From Vicugna vicugna (Eukaryota): a stretch of DNA of 64,000 nt. Below, piece by piece: positions 12,450 to 24,420 of this stretch (position 1 is its first letter; the number at the start of each line of letters is the position of its first letter). Made by a program: the position numbers and the translations under genes. The stretch spans positions 5,801,741 to 5,865,740 of the forward strand of contig MU058636.1 of NCBI GenBank assembly GCA_013265495.1. The letters run 5' to 3'. The notes under the pieces were generated by a model. It saw nothing but the letters and a program-made list of their open reading frames with translations. It made no database searches and had not been told where the DNA came from.

Positions 12450-13761
12450 TTATGAGCCCCATGCCTCTGTCATAGACATTGGAAAACACTGCCATATGCT
12501 CTATAAACATCTAGTTCCCTCTGAAGGGGACATCCTCCGCTGTGCCTGAGGAGCAGATTAAGCTATTTTAGCTTGATCAGACATCAGTGAGTATTTGGTG
12601 ATAAGCCAATTTGGCTGAAAGGAGACAACCTTTTCAAAGCTTGCTTATTCTTTGCTTTGGGGTAATGAGTAACCCTAGGATTGCCCTATCCCCCAAGTAA
12701 GATACCTGGAAATGCAGACATAGATTATGAAGGAACTTAAAAGTTGTCAGGAAGCTAAAACTTCATTCCTGAAACACAAAATGTAAGCATTTCAAAAGAA
12801 AGTATGTGAGGGTTATCTTGTTGCTGATTTCCTGTTAACGGTGTGAGGTGATAATTTCTAAAACACCATTAAAGGCATGGGTAGTGGGCAATTCTCTTGT
12901 CAGTTTGCATCTGGAAGACTGCTTTCATAACTGCATCAAAAGATGTGTGGACCCAGACTGTCTGTAGCTTACAGATCTTCATTAACACTCTTGAAATTTA
13001 GGGACAAAGACAATAATGGAAAATATTGAGGAAATGGAGGGTATTTAACTGAAAGCGTTAAGAGGAAAGAAGCCCAGAGGATACAGCTTAGAAATAAAAG
13101 TCAGAAATTAGAAGTGAAGGGAACAATTATGACATTTTGATTCATCTTCCACTATATCATTCAGTGATTATAATTTGGCCACCCACGTTGTGAAGTCTCC
13201 ACAAGGATTCTTTATAGAAAATAAAGATGGAAATAGTGAAGTAATCCTGCCAACTTGCCTTTATAATTTAAGGTTGTTCCCCAAAGTGTGTTATTGAGTG
13301 TCCTGCCCAGCAAAATTTCCTATGACTCAACCTATGAGATTATTACCACTTCCTCTGGGAAACATTTAAAGAATAATAACTTTTATTCTAGGAATGCTTT
13401 TTTGAAGGTCAGCCAAATTTTCTCATTGTCCAAATGAACCTAAGATTTTGGCTATAATTTCCCTGACCACCCCCAAACAACTGCTTTCTTTCAATCCATG
13501 TGGATAATACTTCAAGTTTCGTTTAGCGCTTGAAACAGTGTAGTTTCCAAAGAAATATTGGTTGAATGAGTATTTCTAGACGAATGGATGGATGAATAGA
13601 TGAGTTATGCTCTACTTCATGCCTTTAAGTCTTCAATCTGCTTCATGAAGGTCTTTGGTAGGGATACATTTTTTGGGGTGAAAGAGGTGAAGAAAGGCAT
13701 CTTCATTGCCACTGTCCTTCAGAATGGATCCTGTTGGGGACATATTTGGAACAGTGATAGT

Positions 13762-14223
13762 GTGTTAGTTTGCTAGGGTTGTCATAACTGAGTGGCTTAA
13801 ACAGTAAAAAGTTGTTATCTCTTGGTTCTGAAGGCTAAAATTCCAAGATCAAAGTGATGCCAGGGTTGCTTCCTTCTGAGGGGCTGTGAGGATCTGTTCT
13901 ATGCCTCTCACCTAGCGTCTGGTGATGTGCTGACAATCTTTTGGTGTTTTGTAGCTTGTAGATGCATTGCCCCAGTCTCTGCCTTAATCTTTACATAGCA
14001 TTCTCCTTGTGTGCATATCTGTGTTCAGATTTCCCCTTTATAAGTATTCCAGTCATACTGGAGTAAGGGCCTAGCCTAGTTCAGTAAAATGTCATCTTAA
14101 TTTAACCAGTTACATCTGCAATGCAAATAATCCAAATAAGATCACATTTTGAAGTACTGTGGATTAGAAATTCAACATATGAATTTGGTAGGGGGAGGGG
14201 GGGACACAATTCAACTCATAACA
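13762..14223 (-). mobile_element. MaLR LTR (MLT1B/C-type)
   Basis: 'tgtgttagtttgctagggttgtcataac...ccaagatcaaagtg...cagggttgcttccttctgagg...ggacacaattcaactcataaca'. Confidence 0.8.
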
Positions 14224-14229
14224 GATAGA

Positions 14230-15390
14230 AACCATTCTTAATACCTCCTTCTCCCCTACCATCCCATGTCCAGTCACCAAAACAGGCTATTTTACCTCCT
14301 AATTATTTTTAGGATCCACCTACTTTTCTCTATCGGTGCCATTTCCCTAGTTCAAGTTATCCCAATATCTTGACTACTTCAATTAGCCCCCAATTTATCT
14401 CCCTACTTTCAGTCTTACCATGTTTCAATCTACTCTCAACACTCTACAAAATAATACTTTTAAAAGACAAATTTGATCATGTCACTCATCTCTTAAATCT
14501 CTTGATGGATTTATGTTGGCTCTATAAGCCAGCTCATATTTGCTTCACCAACCTGCTTTCCTGTCCTGCACTCTGTTTCCAGTCATACTGGATCTTCTTT
14601 GAGTTTCTCCAATATACTAAACTCCAGCCTACCTCAGGGCCCTTGCACATGCTGCTCCCCCTGCCTGGGATGCTCATCTCCTCTCTCTGTTTAGGGTAAC
14701 TTTTTATTCTCCCAGTTTCAGCTTAGATGTCACTTCCTTAGGGAAGTCTCTTCTACTCCCCACAACAGGTTGAGTTGTCATCATTTACTTTTATGGCACA
14801 CTGTTAGTCACCTTTTTGGTACTTACCAAATCTTAATCAGTTGATTTCCCAGTAAGTTTTTGTTTAGTTAATACTCTGCCATAGATTGAATGTTTGTGTC
14901 TCCCCACCCCCAAACTCCTATGTTGAAACCTAACCTCTACTGTGATGGTATTTGGAGGTGGGGACTTTAGGAGGTGATTAGGTCATGAGAGTGGAGCCCT
15001 CATGAATGAGATTAGTGCCTTCACAAAAGAGACCCCAGAGGGTTCCTTTGCCCCATGTGAGAACACAGTGAGAAGATGGCCATCTGAGAAGCAGGAATCA
15101 AGCTCTCAGCAGACACTAAATCTGCTGGTTCTTTGATTTTGGACTTTCCAGCTTCTAGAACTTGAGAAACAAATTTCTGTTGTTTATAAGCTACCCAGCC
15201 TGTGGTAGTTTGTTACAGCAACCAGGATAGACTAAGACACTCTGCCATTAGACTCTAAACTCCCTGAGGGCAAGTGCTGAGTCTGCTGTCTTTCATCACT
15301 GCATTCTCATCACTTAACATGCAGCTTGGTATGGAGAAAGAACCAATAAATAGTTGTTGAATAAGTGGATGAATGAATAAATGAGTAGAG
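14230..15390 (+). mobile_element. L2 3' region, interrupted by an MLT1A LTR
   Basis: 'acctcagggcccttgcacatgctgctcc', 'tagactctaaactccctgagggcaag' and terminal 'aataaatagttgttgaataagtggatgaatgaat'. Confidence 0.7.
14877..15239 (+). mobile_element. MaLR LTR (MLT1A-type)
   Basis: 'tgaatgtttgtgtctccc...ggtatttggaggtggggactttaggaggtgattaggtcatgag...ggactttccagcttctagaac...gactaagaca'. Confidence 0.85.
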
Positions 15391-15669
15391 TCTTTTTTCC
15401 CAATTATGTATCTTAAATAGCTTAGCTAGGCTCTACCTTTCACCTCAGTGAACCGCTATTTTTACATTAAATACCTAATGTATTTCCTTTTGGTCACGGA
15501 TGAATCATCACTAAGTTGTCTGGTCATTCAGAAGTACAGTGAAATCAGCATGACGATTAGCACAATGTGTGCACTGGTTGAATGCTCTATAATTGATCAC
15601 ACATATGAATGCAAACCTCCCAATAGACTAAATGTTTTCATATAGCCTGACAGCATCTCCAAGTTAACT

Positions 15670-16250
15670 AATTTGGTCATTGATGATATATTTATTGATC
15701 CTGTTATGTGTAGGCATTATTTTAGGCATTGAAGATAGAACAGTGACCAAGGATGGACCCCCTGCCCTCATGGAGCTTACATTCTAGTGAGTATGACAAA
15801 CAACAAATGGGTATAGAATAAAATGTCAGGTAGCAATAGTACTATGAAATGCATAATGAGGCAGAGGATGAGGATAAAGAGGGGCAGTCAGTGATCAGAA
15901 AGTACCTTGCCATTAGATAACTAAGGAATGTCTAATAGGGAGAAGAAACAGACAAAGCAAATGCATGAGGTAGGAATTCTTGAAGCAGCAAGGAATCACT
16001 GTGTCTGGGCAGGAGAAAAACAAGTAGGGGGAGATGAGGTGCAAACTGAGGGCTAACTGACTCAGGACCTTGCTGTCCAGGTTAAAGCTTAGATCTTATT
16101 CTAAATGTGTCAGGAAGCCTGGGGAAGTGCTGAGAAGGAATTGGCATGTTTTTAGGTTACTTGGCTGCCACGTAGCAGAGACTGTTGGGCAGAGTGGAGG
16201 CAAGCCAACTGGCTAAGCCTCTTGAAGTAAGTATGTGAGAGGTGACAGTG
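15670..16250 (-). mobile_element. L2 fragment
   Basis: 'tttattga...taggcattattttaggcattgaagatagaacagtga...cctgccctcatggagcttacattctagtg'. Confidence 0.6.
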
Positions 16251-19200
16251 GCTGTCAATTTTGTTGCAAGCTGCCAAGTCAGAGACACCAGGTCTGACCC
16301 ATCTAAAAACACTGTGCTCTCCTGCATCATTCAAGCTTTACCCCACAAATGTCACAGCACCCTGCTCTATGAATCCAGGCTGAGGGGCTGCTGGAAACCG
16401 CTGCCTGCACAGATCTGGCCTTTCCAAACAGCTCAGTCCCTTTTCTTGCTCATTATATCCCTGTCTTTTTTCTGTCACATGCCCCACAGTCCCAGATAGA
16501 GCTGTCCCCACACCCACAGAAAACTTGATCTCCATCATCTCGTCAGTCTGTGGGCTGGGACCACACCTCCCAGGAGGCCTGGGACTCTGTATTGGCACCT
16601 CTTGACCAGGAAGAATACTCAGGAATTCATTATGAAATAGCACCTGGCTAGAGAGGAAAGACGTTTTGTGGACTGCGCCCCCCACCTCCACCAACACACA
16701 GGTGTTTTCAGTGATAACGGACTTGATCTTTCATAATCAGGAGAGTTCCCCTCACACCTCAAGCTATATAAACTATGAAAGAAACTCACCTATAACTGGA
16801 AGATCTCTGAAAAACTTGGAAGGGAAAACTGGAGCTGTGGTGACAGAGCTGGGGACAGCTCGGAGAAGGGCACACACTCAGCCTCCGTCCCACCCCACCA
16901 CCACAATGGAGGCCTCCGTCCTACTGCAGAGTTTTTGATGAGTCCTCCTACAACCTGTTCTTGACTGATCCATTGAGAAACTTCTTCCCACATAAAAAGG
17001 GTGCAGAATGACAGGTGGCCCCTCAGAAAAGATGAGGACATTGGACAAGTCACTTATTCTTACTAATACAGCTTTCTCATCTGTATCTACCTCAAAGGAT
17101 TAGTATGGTATCAGTCAGTGGAAAAGATGTGAACTGTGGTTACAAAGCTGCTTAGGGAGAGGCAGGGGAAGTGGGGTGAAGTCCTAAAGCACCTCCAGGA
17201 GGCCCGAGGCAGGAAGTGGGTGGGGAACAGTGCAGCTGTGTGGAGCAAGGAAGTCCCCTAGGGTAGGGGAGATGCTACAACTTCCAGATTCACTACAAAA
17301 TGGATTATTTCCAGATTTTGCTACTTATAAACTAAAACCACTAAACAAACAATAGGGGCAAAGTATTGCAATCTTGCAAAACTCCACTTTTCTTTAAAGA
17401 AAAAATAAATACCTCCTGTATTCCCAATACCGTTGCTGGTTCCAAGAGGATGCCTGAGACAGATCTTTTCATTGGCCACTGTGTGCACAGCCACTGCCCC
17501 TATTGGCAACACTGTTGAATAGAAAACCTTTAATTAAGAAAAAAAAACAACAACAAAACTCCAGACTCTGTACTATTTACTGATTTACAAAAAGGTACAT
17601 TCAGAACTTTTGTCTCCTTCCCAAGAGGATATCCCAGGAGTCGGCAGCTGCATAAACACACACAGTTCAGTTAAGAGATATTGGGGATTGATGATATGTG
17701 CTACACACGCATTTTTAATTTTGTTTAAAAACAAAAGCCATAAGCACAAGTATAAAGAATTATGATGAGCCACACACCCACAGAGAACACAGTGACCCAA
17801 CATGACAAAAATGAGGTCCTCTTGCATAATGGGAGGTCAGCGGCCTCCGTGGGAGGAGAGCATTTCAAAGCTGTGGATGAGAGAGTCCATTGTTACCATC
17901 TCACATAAAGGATAGTGGTAACAGACCATTAGGAAAGAAAAATTACTGTTCCATTGTTCCTGTATGTGGGCACGAACCATTTATAACAAATTTAATCAGC
18001 CCCACTGCCAGCCTGCTCAGCAGAGCCAAATCAGAATAAGCTTTAGCAGTCCAAGGCATTCGTTTCAATAAACTTGGTCCTGTGGCTGATTGAGGCAAAC
18101 TCGCTCGCCACACATTTTATACTAATTCTACCCTCTCAAAACAGCTTCTCCTTAAACACTCGCTTCTTCATTTTCTGGAGGCTTAGTGCTTTTTAGCTGT
18201 TCTTTTTTAACTCAAGCTTCTTGAGGGCAGGGACCACTTCATATCTGCCTTCATATCCAAACACATAGCACAGTATTCGTACACAGTGGGTGCTCATTTG
18301 GAGAAACAAGTTTTCACTAAATGTTCCCATTGAGCATTTAATTTAAATTGCTTTCTGCTGAGCTCTTGCTGTCAAATTGCCAAAGATTAAACAAAATGAT
18401 AGTATCAGCTTCAGCAGCATGGTGGGTTTTACTTTAGTATCACTTGTCCACAAAGCAGTTTAAAAATAATGTCAAAAGACTTAAAAATTAGTATATTTTT
18501 AAGCTAGAAATTTAAAAACTCATTCTAAACAACAGGCTAACATAGATTTGTTCTGGGTCTTAGCTACAAAGAAATCCAATGCAGCATTGCTTTTATTAGA
18601 AAATTGAAACTAAACTAAATGTCCAACATTAGGGGATTTGTAAAATAAAAACACACACCTTTGCAAAGGAACACTTTCTTCATTTGTTTATTTTATTTTA
18701 AGAGACCTACATGAAAACTTCATTACTAGTAGGTTTCAGACACTAGCACTGGTCCAGACAAACATTGAGGTCTCGGGAGTCTGTCCAGACAGGCACTGCT
18801 TCTCTAGTTGCTTGAAGGGCACCACTTTGATTCTCTGAGATACATCCCACTGCAGAAGAATCTGGTCTCCTAACTTCATGTAACTCTAAGCATCAGAAGG
18901 CAAACTATTTGGAAAAACTGGACCTTGCTGCTAAAAGGTGTGAACTTGAATAAAAGTTGACCTGACTTAAGGTTTACTTTTGTGGTTTGTTACGCAGCAA
19001 TACCACTAAATTATGCATTTTAATTCACTATTTTTGGGGAGATTGTCTCATCCAAGAATTTCTAAGTCTCAATAGCCTTAGATTCCCAAATCAAAGAAGA
19101 ACTTACTCTTTATTACCTTGGCTACTTTGTTTCCCAAGAACAAATCCAAGGTCAAGGGAGGTAATATGTATATATTGCCTAGATGTATATGTGTGTGTAT

Positions 19201-19829
19201 GTATGTATATACATATGATATATAGAGGGAACAGTTGGTGCTCTCTGTCAATAAAGCATCTGGTATTGCACATATAAATCCAATCTTGGGTATAATAAAG
19301 TTTTTTTTTCTTTAGCTAATTTTGCTTTACAAATTCAAACATATTTAGAGTATTCATTTGCTCAGCACTGAGTACAGGATTAAAGGATACATAGTAACCA
19401 TGAATACTTGTGGTTGACTAAGCGTGACTATCTGGTTGAATCATAAGGAAGTCAGTGATATAAACTGAGATTTTGAAATAGGTTGTAAATATTTTCAATG
19501 AGGAAAAATAAGTTTGAAATCTTTGCGAGTAGCTTTTTTTTTTAAAAAGTGATTCCCACTGCTCACTCCAGAATGCTGTATGTTACCTTGTTAGAATGAG
19601 CATTGTTTGTCAAGCCATTTAATCATATTCTTCTCTGCATATCTATGAGCAGCCTGCCATTTTAGGCTTTTTGCCCATATCTTTATTATAAGCAACAATG
19701 CCTAGCATATCACTGCTTTGTAGAGTTGACTTCCTAATGTGCTAAATTGTTATCAGGTAATAAACTAGATTCTCAAGCAAGCGCACTTTTATGTAGTATA
19801 ATCCTATCTGTTTGAGGAAGACATTAGCT

Positions 19830-20005
19830 AAAGCAGGGAAAAGGATGTTGTTCAGTGTCTGAGATACTGGAATCCAGTCCGGACTTTACCAGGGCCTGGC
19901 CAACTCTCATTGCTTTTCTGAGTTTCCATTTCCTTATCTGTAAAACCAGAAAGTTGTCAAGAGATGATCTCTTAAGTCTCCTTTCAGCTTTAAAAGCCTT
20001 TGCAG
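19830..20005 (+). mobile_element. MIR/MIR3 fragment
   Basis: 'ttctgagtttccatttccttatctgtaaaac...gatgatctcttaagtctcctttcagct'. Confidence 0.5.
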
Positions 20006-21214
20006 TGAAATTATATGGAAACTGTCATTTGGAATAATTTATCATCATTTTTTCGAAGATTTGGGGTATAGATCATGGGCTAGAGTGACAGCAATCTTCT
20101 GCAGGAAAAGTCACTCGTAAAATGCGCTTGTCCATCCTGCCTCCTGGAGGCAGACAGACCTTGCGTAGTTTCCTCAGCAGAACATGTGGCTAAATGCACA
20201 AACTCATAAAATAAAGCACACAGGCTTTGAAATGAGCACTTTCCACAAATCACAGTTTATCAAACTACCTTAATGGAATGGTAGGTTTTCTCCCAGCAGT
20301 TCCCCACCACCCCCTTCTTACAGCTAGTTGTAAATTCAAGACCGCTCATGCTGCCTATGTTCAGCCTGGGAGGTTCTTCTCCAATAACTCAGCCCCTGTG
20401 ATGTATCTCCTAGGTGCACCTTTTGCAGAAATTACTTAATAAATCAGTGGTGGACATACATTTTTATTCCCCTGGGTTGTGCACTAAGCATCCTCTACAA
20501 CCCTTGGGCTTGTCTCACTTGAAGACATTGATCTTAGAGAAGAGATCACTTTCAATTCAAATAGGGATCAATTTGATGCTTTTACAAAGGTAGGGAAACC
20601 TATGCATGTTATATCTGGAGTTTTTCCATATATGGAAGAACAATACGACTTTCTTTAAAAGGCACTGCCACGATCTTGTTCTTCCCACCACAGTCCCTGG
20701 ATAAGGGTTGCCTCTGCCTTCACAGTATTTGTATCAAGCCAGAGACCTCTAATTACATTATTAGCAGTTGAGCACATGTAATGTTCCAAATCTGCTAACT
20801 TGAACAAAGCATGTAATATTAAGCTCTTTGAGGATTCCTTCAAAAATAGTTCCCCTACTCCTTCTGGAAAACATTGGATAAGGCTATGATATTTCAAAAT
20901 AATATTTTATACTTGGAGAACATGATCTTCAAATGTTTCAGTGAAAAATATTAGAGAATTCGTCTCCATGTCAGTTCAAAGAGAGGAAGAAAGTGTTAAC
21001 ATCATTATTTTATAAAGTTCCAAGAAGTTATAGAAGTTGTCTAGCATTTTACTAGATTTGAAGTAGATCAGGACAAAGACCAAGTCCTGTTGGTTGCAGT
21101 GAATATGGTTATTCTTTTATTAGATGTTTTATTTCTATGTGATTTGTCCATCCATCAATCCTTCTAGCCAGTGTCTATTCAACAGAAGATACTGTAACAA
21201 CTGTGATTCTGCAC

Positions 21215-22165
21215 CCAATTACAGTACGTGAGGTTTTCCCCCATACCAAGCAATTTTTCAACACCAGTAGGGTGTCCAGGCAGACAGTTGTGACACTGTC
21301 TGCCTGGAAACAGCATCAAATCCCTTACGTTAAGGGCTCAGTCCTAGAAGACTGCCCACCCCTCTTCAGATGCCAATCACAAGAACAGGTCGTCACCTGT
21401 GCTTCTGACCAATCTGCTATCTATTTTTTATTTTTTTATCTTTTATTTTTTTACATTTTTAATTGATTCATAGTTACATTACAATGTTGTGTCAAATTCT
21501 AGTGCAGAGCACACTTTTTCAGTCATACATGAACATATGTATACTCATGGTCACATTTTTTTCTTCGCTGTGAGCTACCAGAAGATCTTGTATATCTGAC
21601 CAATCTGCTATTGATCAGAAGTTCTCACAACCTCCTCCTCGACTTTGACTGATTTGCTACTGCAACTCACAGGACTCAGAGAAACATTTTACTTACTAGA
21701 TCACTGGTTTGTTATAAAAGGATATAACTCAGGAACATCCAGATGGAAGAGATGCGTAGGGAAGGTACGGGGGAAAGGGCACCGAGCTTCCGTGCCTCTC
21801 TGGGCCTGCCGCTTTCCCAGCACCTCCACGCTTTCAGCAATCTGGAGCTCTTGGAACCCTGTCTTTTTGGGGTTTTATGGAGGCTTCATTACAGAGGCGT
21901 GATTGATGGAATCCTTGGCTGTTAGTGACTGAGCCTAGTCTGCAGCCTCTCCCTTCCTCTGAGATCATGGATGGGACTGAAGGTTCCAACCCTCTAATCC
22001 TGAGAGTTGGTTTCACTGGCAACCAGCCCCTATCCTGAGGTGCTTTCCAAAGTCACCTCATTAACATGACAAAGGCATCTTTCTTTCTCTCTTCACAGGA
22101 AATTTCAAGGGTTTTAGGAACTCTGTGCCAGGAACAGGAACAAGAACCAAATAAATATTTCTTAT
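21215..22165. mobile_element. MER21-like ERV LTR, interrupted by an L1 3' end
   Basis: 'taagggctcagtcc...gactgccc...ttcagatgccaatc', 'ctcacaggactcagagaaacattttacttactagatcactggtt', 'tttatggaggcttcattac', 'ataaatcacaatatcaca'. Confidence 0.7.
21421..21594 (-). mobile_element. Young, heavily 5'-truncated L1 3' end (174 bp)
   Basis: T-rich tail then 'acaatgttgtgtcaaattc...ttttcagtcatacatg', same 3'UTR type as the 7.3-kb copy. Perfect 17-bp TSD tctgaccaatctgctat at 21404-21420 and 21595-21611. Confidence 0.9.
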
Positions 22166-22184
22166 TATAAATCACAATATCACA

Positions 22185-22432
22185 ATAACTGATATTTATT
22201 TAGTACGTCCAGTGTCCAAGGCACTATGAGAAGCACCTTGTGAGTATTAGCTGGTTGAAAGCACACTCTTTGAGGTACTACTGCTGATAATACTGTCCTA
22301 ATTTTAGATGTAAAGAAACTGAAACACACAGGTGTTGGGTAGCTTACTCAAGATCATCCTGCTGGTGAATGACAGAGCCTGGATTTGAACCCAGGTAGTT
22401 TGAGGCCAGAGTCCATGCTCTTAGTCACTTAA
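22185..22432 (-). mobile_element. MIR SINE
   Basis: 'tttagatgtaaagaaactgaaacac...cagagcctggatttgaacccaggtagtttgaggccagagtccatgctctta'. Confidence 0.75.
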
Positions 22433-23537
22433 CATGCCCCCTCCCAACCACAGTGGGTGCTTATGGAAGTGCACGGTGCAGTAGATTGTGTCTAGATATC
22501 TAAAACTCAAGCCATAGTGTGGGCATTGTTATAGGAGATATGAAATCCATGTCCTAAGGATGTGCAAAGGAAGGGAGGGGGTGAAGAAATGATGGCTATG
22601 GGATGACTAATGATTGCAATGTTACAGAAAATTGGTCTTTTCTTATTCTCAAAAGAAACTCTTAAATATTAACTAAATTTATATTTCATAGTATTTGTAG
22701 GTAGATACAATACATATTATCACTATGCCAGTTAAAAATAATCTCTCTGAATAAACACTTTGAAAGCATTCTTCAGAACCACATGAGCTTATTAACAGTA
22801 ACTCATTTGCTTCACTGTTAATTGTTTTTCTTTTCTCCGGTTGACCTAATCTTTCCATGAATAAAATGACTGCATCTACATTTTGATTTATAACTAAAAA
22901 TTGTGCGCAGGCTATAAACTCCTTCTGAATCTACCAAATTTGGCCTAGTAAAAGCAATCTTCAATGACTTATGTGCATACCTGTCAAAATTAATTGGATT
23001 TTTACTGAAAGTTCATAAAATGCCATTCATTGCCTTTTAAAATACCCATAATTTCAAGTTTACATTTAAACGAGTCTTATCTCCTCCTAGAGTGATCTTT
23101 TCCAGAGTTAACTCTCACGTCTCTGAATTCCTATGGCTCTTCCAGTAAGTGCTTTTACCATTAATTATATCTTGTGTTTCTTGTTCTCTCTCATTACATT
23201 CAGAAGCATTATGTCTTCCTAATTAGTTTGTCATCATCTCGAGTGTCATTTTAGGAAGTTAAAGTGTCTTCTGTTTCTTAACTGTTTCTCATTTGGTCAG
23301 TTTCTGCTAGCTTTGGGCACGCACAAGTGTGAAAGAATGCATGCCATGGACCTGACTTGTCAGTGCTGGTCGATGATCTGCTGAAGCTTCTAGGGTGTAA
23401 TTCAATCTGATGGTTCGGCCCCTGGGGCTGGAAACTGGAGACGCAGATTCTGCTTCCTGCTATCTGTGACTTCCAATGCATCAGTTAAGCTCTTGTTTTC
23501 TCTGCAGATAACTTGAGGAAAGAGTCTCTGTGTAGAC

Positions 23538-23682
23538 CAGTGGTTCCCAGCCTTGACTGCACATTGAAATCACACCAACACTGGCTTCTACCTCCAGATA
23601 CTCTGATTTTCTAGGTCTGGACCTTGGGATTTTAGACAGCTCCCCAGGTGACTCTGTTGAGGAGCTGAGGTGTGGAAGAACT
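23538..23682. mobile_element. MER5-like hAT-Charlie element
   Basis: Starts cagtggttcccagcctt; contains 'agctccccaggtgactctg'. Confidence 0.55.
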
Positions 23683-23739
23683 TGTCTAAAGAATATAAGA
23701 AACATTTATAGCCTAGGGTAATGCTCGCCATCATCCCGC

Positions 23740-24420
23740 ATACACTTCCAAGATCTGTTGATTTGCCTATTAAATCTCTCAGAGTCCATCCCCTCCTCTG
23801 CATTCCCGCTGGTACTGTCCAGCCTTTTTTTTTTTTTAAACTTCCTGACATCATTTTCTCCTTCTCTGATGCTTCTCCTGCTACAAATGTGGCTTTCCTA
23901 AAACAAATATGAGTGTGTCCCTTTCATGCTAAAACTCTTGGCTGTAGAGTTGAGTGTTTGTCCTTAGAATGTCGTACAAGGTCCCACATAATATGCACCT
24001 GCCTGACTCATTAACTACATTCTTCAGTCCAACCCCCCTGGCACATTTGTCTCCATCCGTGATGTTCCATGTCTCTGGGCCTACGTAGGTATTGTTCTAT
24101 CAACCTGAGATGATTTCCTCCTCTTCATTCCCCACGATTCACTCATTAATCACCTACTGCTCACTCTTGAATCCTCAACTAAGATGTCACCTCTGTCAGA
24201 AAATCTTTTGGATTCATTTGAGCAGACTTGATCCTCCCTCCTCTATGCTAAGTGTGTATTTTATACATACATCATTACTCTTCTCATAGTGTAATTATTT
24301 ATATGCATGTCTAAAGTTTGAGAGTAGAAATTGTGTCTATCTAATTATCATGTTTTCTTAGTGCAAAGCATGGAAACTTGCACACAGTGGGAACTCAACA
24401 AAGTAGTTGAATTGATGTTA
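23740..24420 (+). mobile_element. L2 3' fragment
   Basis: 'ctttcctaaaacaaatatga', 'cctcaactaagatgtcacctc', 'gcacacagtgggaactcaacaaagtagttgaattga'. Confidence 0.5.

Noticed and set aside
16783..16830. Minus-strand tttttcag|AGATCTTCCAGTTATAG|gtgagt mini-exon
   Set aside because: 17 nt, frame-shifting, and no supporting context.
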